DNA from: an uncultured delta proteobacterium
GTDB taxonomy: Bacteria > Myxococcota_A > Polyangia > Haliangiales > Haliangiaceae
Assembly: GCA_963848295.1 (NCBI GenBank)
Contig: CAWKDB010000011.1
Coordinates: 480,001-544,000 of the forward strand
Direction: 5' to 3'
DNA: 64,000 nucleotides
The translations under genes were made by a program, and so were the position numbers. Each line of letters starts with the position of its first letter. Position 1 is the first letter of the stretch. Shown piece after piece: positions 62,199 through 64,000 of the stretch. The notes below the pieces were generated by a model. The model did no database searches. It saw only the letters and a list, made by a program, of their open reading frames with translations, and was not told where the DNA came from.

Positions 62199-64000
62199 CG
62201 CGCGCCCCCGGAGCGATCGCAGCCCGCACCGTGACTGTCGCATTGCGTGAACAGATGGATCGTCCCTTGCTGAGTCGAGCCGACGGTGTAGACGACGTCG
62301 TCGAGCCCGTCGCCGTTGAGGTCGCCCGCGTGGAGCTCGATCGTGGTGTCCTGGCCGGTGTCGATCGCCGGGACGTACGCGACGCCGTTCGCGTTCGTGA
62401 ACCTCTCGAACAGCTGCATCGCGAACCCGGTGCCCGACAGCGGGCTCGGAGCGCGACACGCGACCACCATGTCAGGGCCATCGGCTCCGAACACCGCGCC
62501 GCTCGCGTCGGCGTACTGGCCGAGCTCGATCGACGTCGCGTCGTAGCAGTTGACGTTCGCGATCCCGAGCGCCGTGCCGAGCTCGTCCGATAGCACGACC
62601 GGGCTCGACAACAACGGCGCGCCATTCGCCAGCGTGAGGTTCCACAACACCGCGTCGTATGCCTTCGCGGCGTTCAGCTTGGACAACACGATCACCGCGG
62701 TCGTCCCGTCGTTGCTGATCAGCTTGGTCGACGCGAGCTCGTAGACCGAGCTCCATGGCGAGCCCGTCATGTCGACCGCGCCTTGCGGGTCGCCGACGAG
62801 ATCGTGACACTTCGTCAAGCTCCAGCTCGGCGTCGACGATGCGGTCGCCAGGTAGTAACCGCCGCAAGCGGGTTCGTCGACGCCGACGTCGGTGCCCGAG
62901 ACCGAGTTCTTGCCGCCGTAGACGCGATCGCCGCGGAGCGCGAGCAGCAACTCGCCCCCACCGAGCGCGACATTGAACAGCCTGGCCGACTGAACACAGG
63001 CGGGTTGTTGGCCACACACCTCGAACGTGACGTCGGTGGTCTGGGTGAAGTCGCCGTAGGGCTCGGGCCCGAGCTGCTCGGCGCCGTACGACCCGCCAGC
63101 ATCGCCGCCCGCGCCGGACACGTTGAACACGCCAAGCACGCCGAGCGCGCCGCCTGGGCCGTAGTTGCCGATCGCGGCCAAGACTCCCGGATCACCGAGG
63201 ACGACCGCGCCCTGCTTGACGCGAAACGGGGACGATAACAGACGCGTCGACGAGCCGTAGATGAACGTCAGCTGGGACGGATCGGCCGGATCGATCGGGT
63301 CCGACGAGCTGATCGCGTCGAGCGCGCCGTGGGCGACGATCAAGTCGTCGGAGTGGTCGAAGCCGGGCGGCTGCGAGGGATCCGGTATCTGCGCGGTCGT
63401 CATCGAGAAGAACTCGTCGAGCGTCACCGAGATCTGTGGGTCGGCGAAGCCGTCCGCCCCACCCCAGGACACCGCGATCGCGCCGCTCCGGCTATCGGAC
63501 GGATCGACGACCGCGAACGCGAGGTCGGTGACGCCATCGCCGTCGTAGTCACCCGCGGTCACGAGCGACACCGCGCCGGTCGTCGTGATCCGGCGTTGGA
63601 TCCATTGTGACTCGCCGCCGATCGCGGGTTGTTGCAGGATCACTTCGACGTCCGCCGCGGCGCCGACCGTGACCAGATCGGGGAGGCCATTGCCGTCGAG
63701 ATCGGCGACGATCGCATAGCGCCACGACCGGGTCGCCGGGATCACCGGCGTCGTCACGTTCGTGGCTGTGCTGACGTCGACGTCGTAGATCCCGCTCTCG
63801 GTGACGAGCGCGCCGACCGTCTTGCCGAGGTGGGTGATCGCGATCGACGCGAGTGGGACGCCCGCCACTTTGAGCGCGCTCCCGGTGGCGACAGGATTCA
63901 ACGTGCAGCCTAGCCCCGCGGCGTTGGCCTTTCCGGGGACGACGACGGTCGCGTCGAGCCCTCCACCGAACGGATCGTTGTTGCCGTTCGTGTTGTCGAC
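62195..64000 (-). CDS. FG-GAP/VCBS repeat protein, C-terminal part (starts beyond window)
   Basis: ADLDGNGLPDL, GDYDGDGVTDL, GDLNGDGLDDV; frame open to position 64000. Confidence 0.85.
   Translation of the reverse strand, partial: VDNTNGNNDPFGGGLDATVVVPGKANAAGLGCTLNPVATGSALKVAGVPLASIAITHLGKTVGALVTESGIYDVDVSTATNVTTPVIPATRSWRYAIVADLDGNGLPDLVTVGAAADVEVILQQPAIGGESQWIQRRITTTGAVSLVTAGDYDGDGVTDLAFAVVDPSDSRSGAIAVSWGGADGFADPQISVTLDEFFSMTTAQIPDPSQPPGFDHSDDLIVAHGALDAISSSDPIDPADPSQLTFIYGSSTRLLSSPFRVKQGAVVLGDPGVLAAIGNYGPGGALGVLGVFNVSGAGGDAGGSYGAEQLGPEPYGDFTQTTDVTFEVCGQQPACVQSARLFNVALGGGELLLALRGDRVYGGKNSVSGTDVGVDEPACGGYYLATASSTPSWSLTKCHDLVGDPQGAVDMTGSPWSSVYELASTKLISNDGTTAVIVLSKLNAAKAYDAVLWNLTLANGAPLLSSPVVLSDELGTALGIANVNCYDATSIELGQYADASGAVFGADGPDMVVACRAPSPLSGTGFAMQLFERFTNANGVAYVPAIDTGQDTTIELHAGDLNGDGLDDVVYTVGSTQQGTIHLFTQCDSHGAGCDRSGGAR

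Overview
High-GC bacterial chromosomal window, most likely Myxococcota. This is inferred from a eukaryote-like Ser/Thr kinase with PEGA/TPR and FG-GAP neighbours, Cys-rich lipoproteins, a DUF4388/J-domain protein and a needle-less export-gate cluster. Single-base indels break many genes, including essential ones (tuf, rplB, rplD, rplN, rplP, rplV, rplW, rpsC), so the frameshifts are treated as long-read sequencing errors and the genes were reconstructed across them. Contents in order: glycerate kinase-like gene (partial), aminotransferase, ArnT-like GT-C, a 5-gene MoxR/DUF58/vWA operon, a 3-gene redox operon, tRNA-Pro(CGG), REC-XRE regulator, methyltransferase, rpe, an orphan Imm11-like gene, rsmB-fmt-(REC/DUF4388/J)-priA-galU, a degenerate fliOPQR+flhB cluster, lipoproteins, the str-S10-spc-alpha ribosomal superoperon (no rplC, adk or infA; divergent EF-G; tailed EF-Tu), an OmpA/lipoprotein pair and a kinase/PEGA/FG-GAP cluster. 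The best candidate for an undescribed system is the operon at 13660-20532. It encodes a cNMP-like/4x[4Fe-4S]/di-heme-b inner-membrane fusion, a ~30-heme periplasmic cytochrome c and an outer-membrane beta-barrel, i.e. a possible three-protein electron conduit across the whole envelope. The second candidate is a type III export gate that has lost both its Met gasket and the FlhB NPTH autocleavage site.
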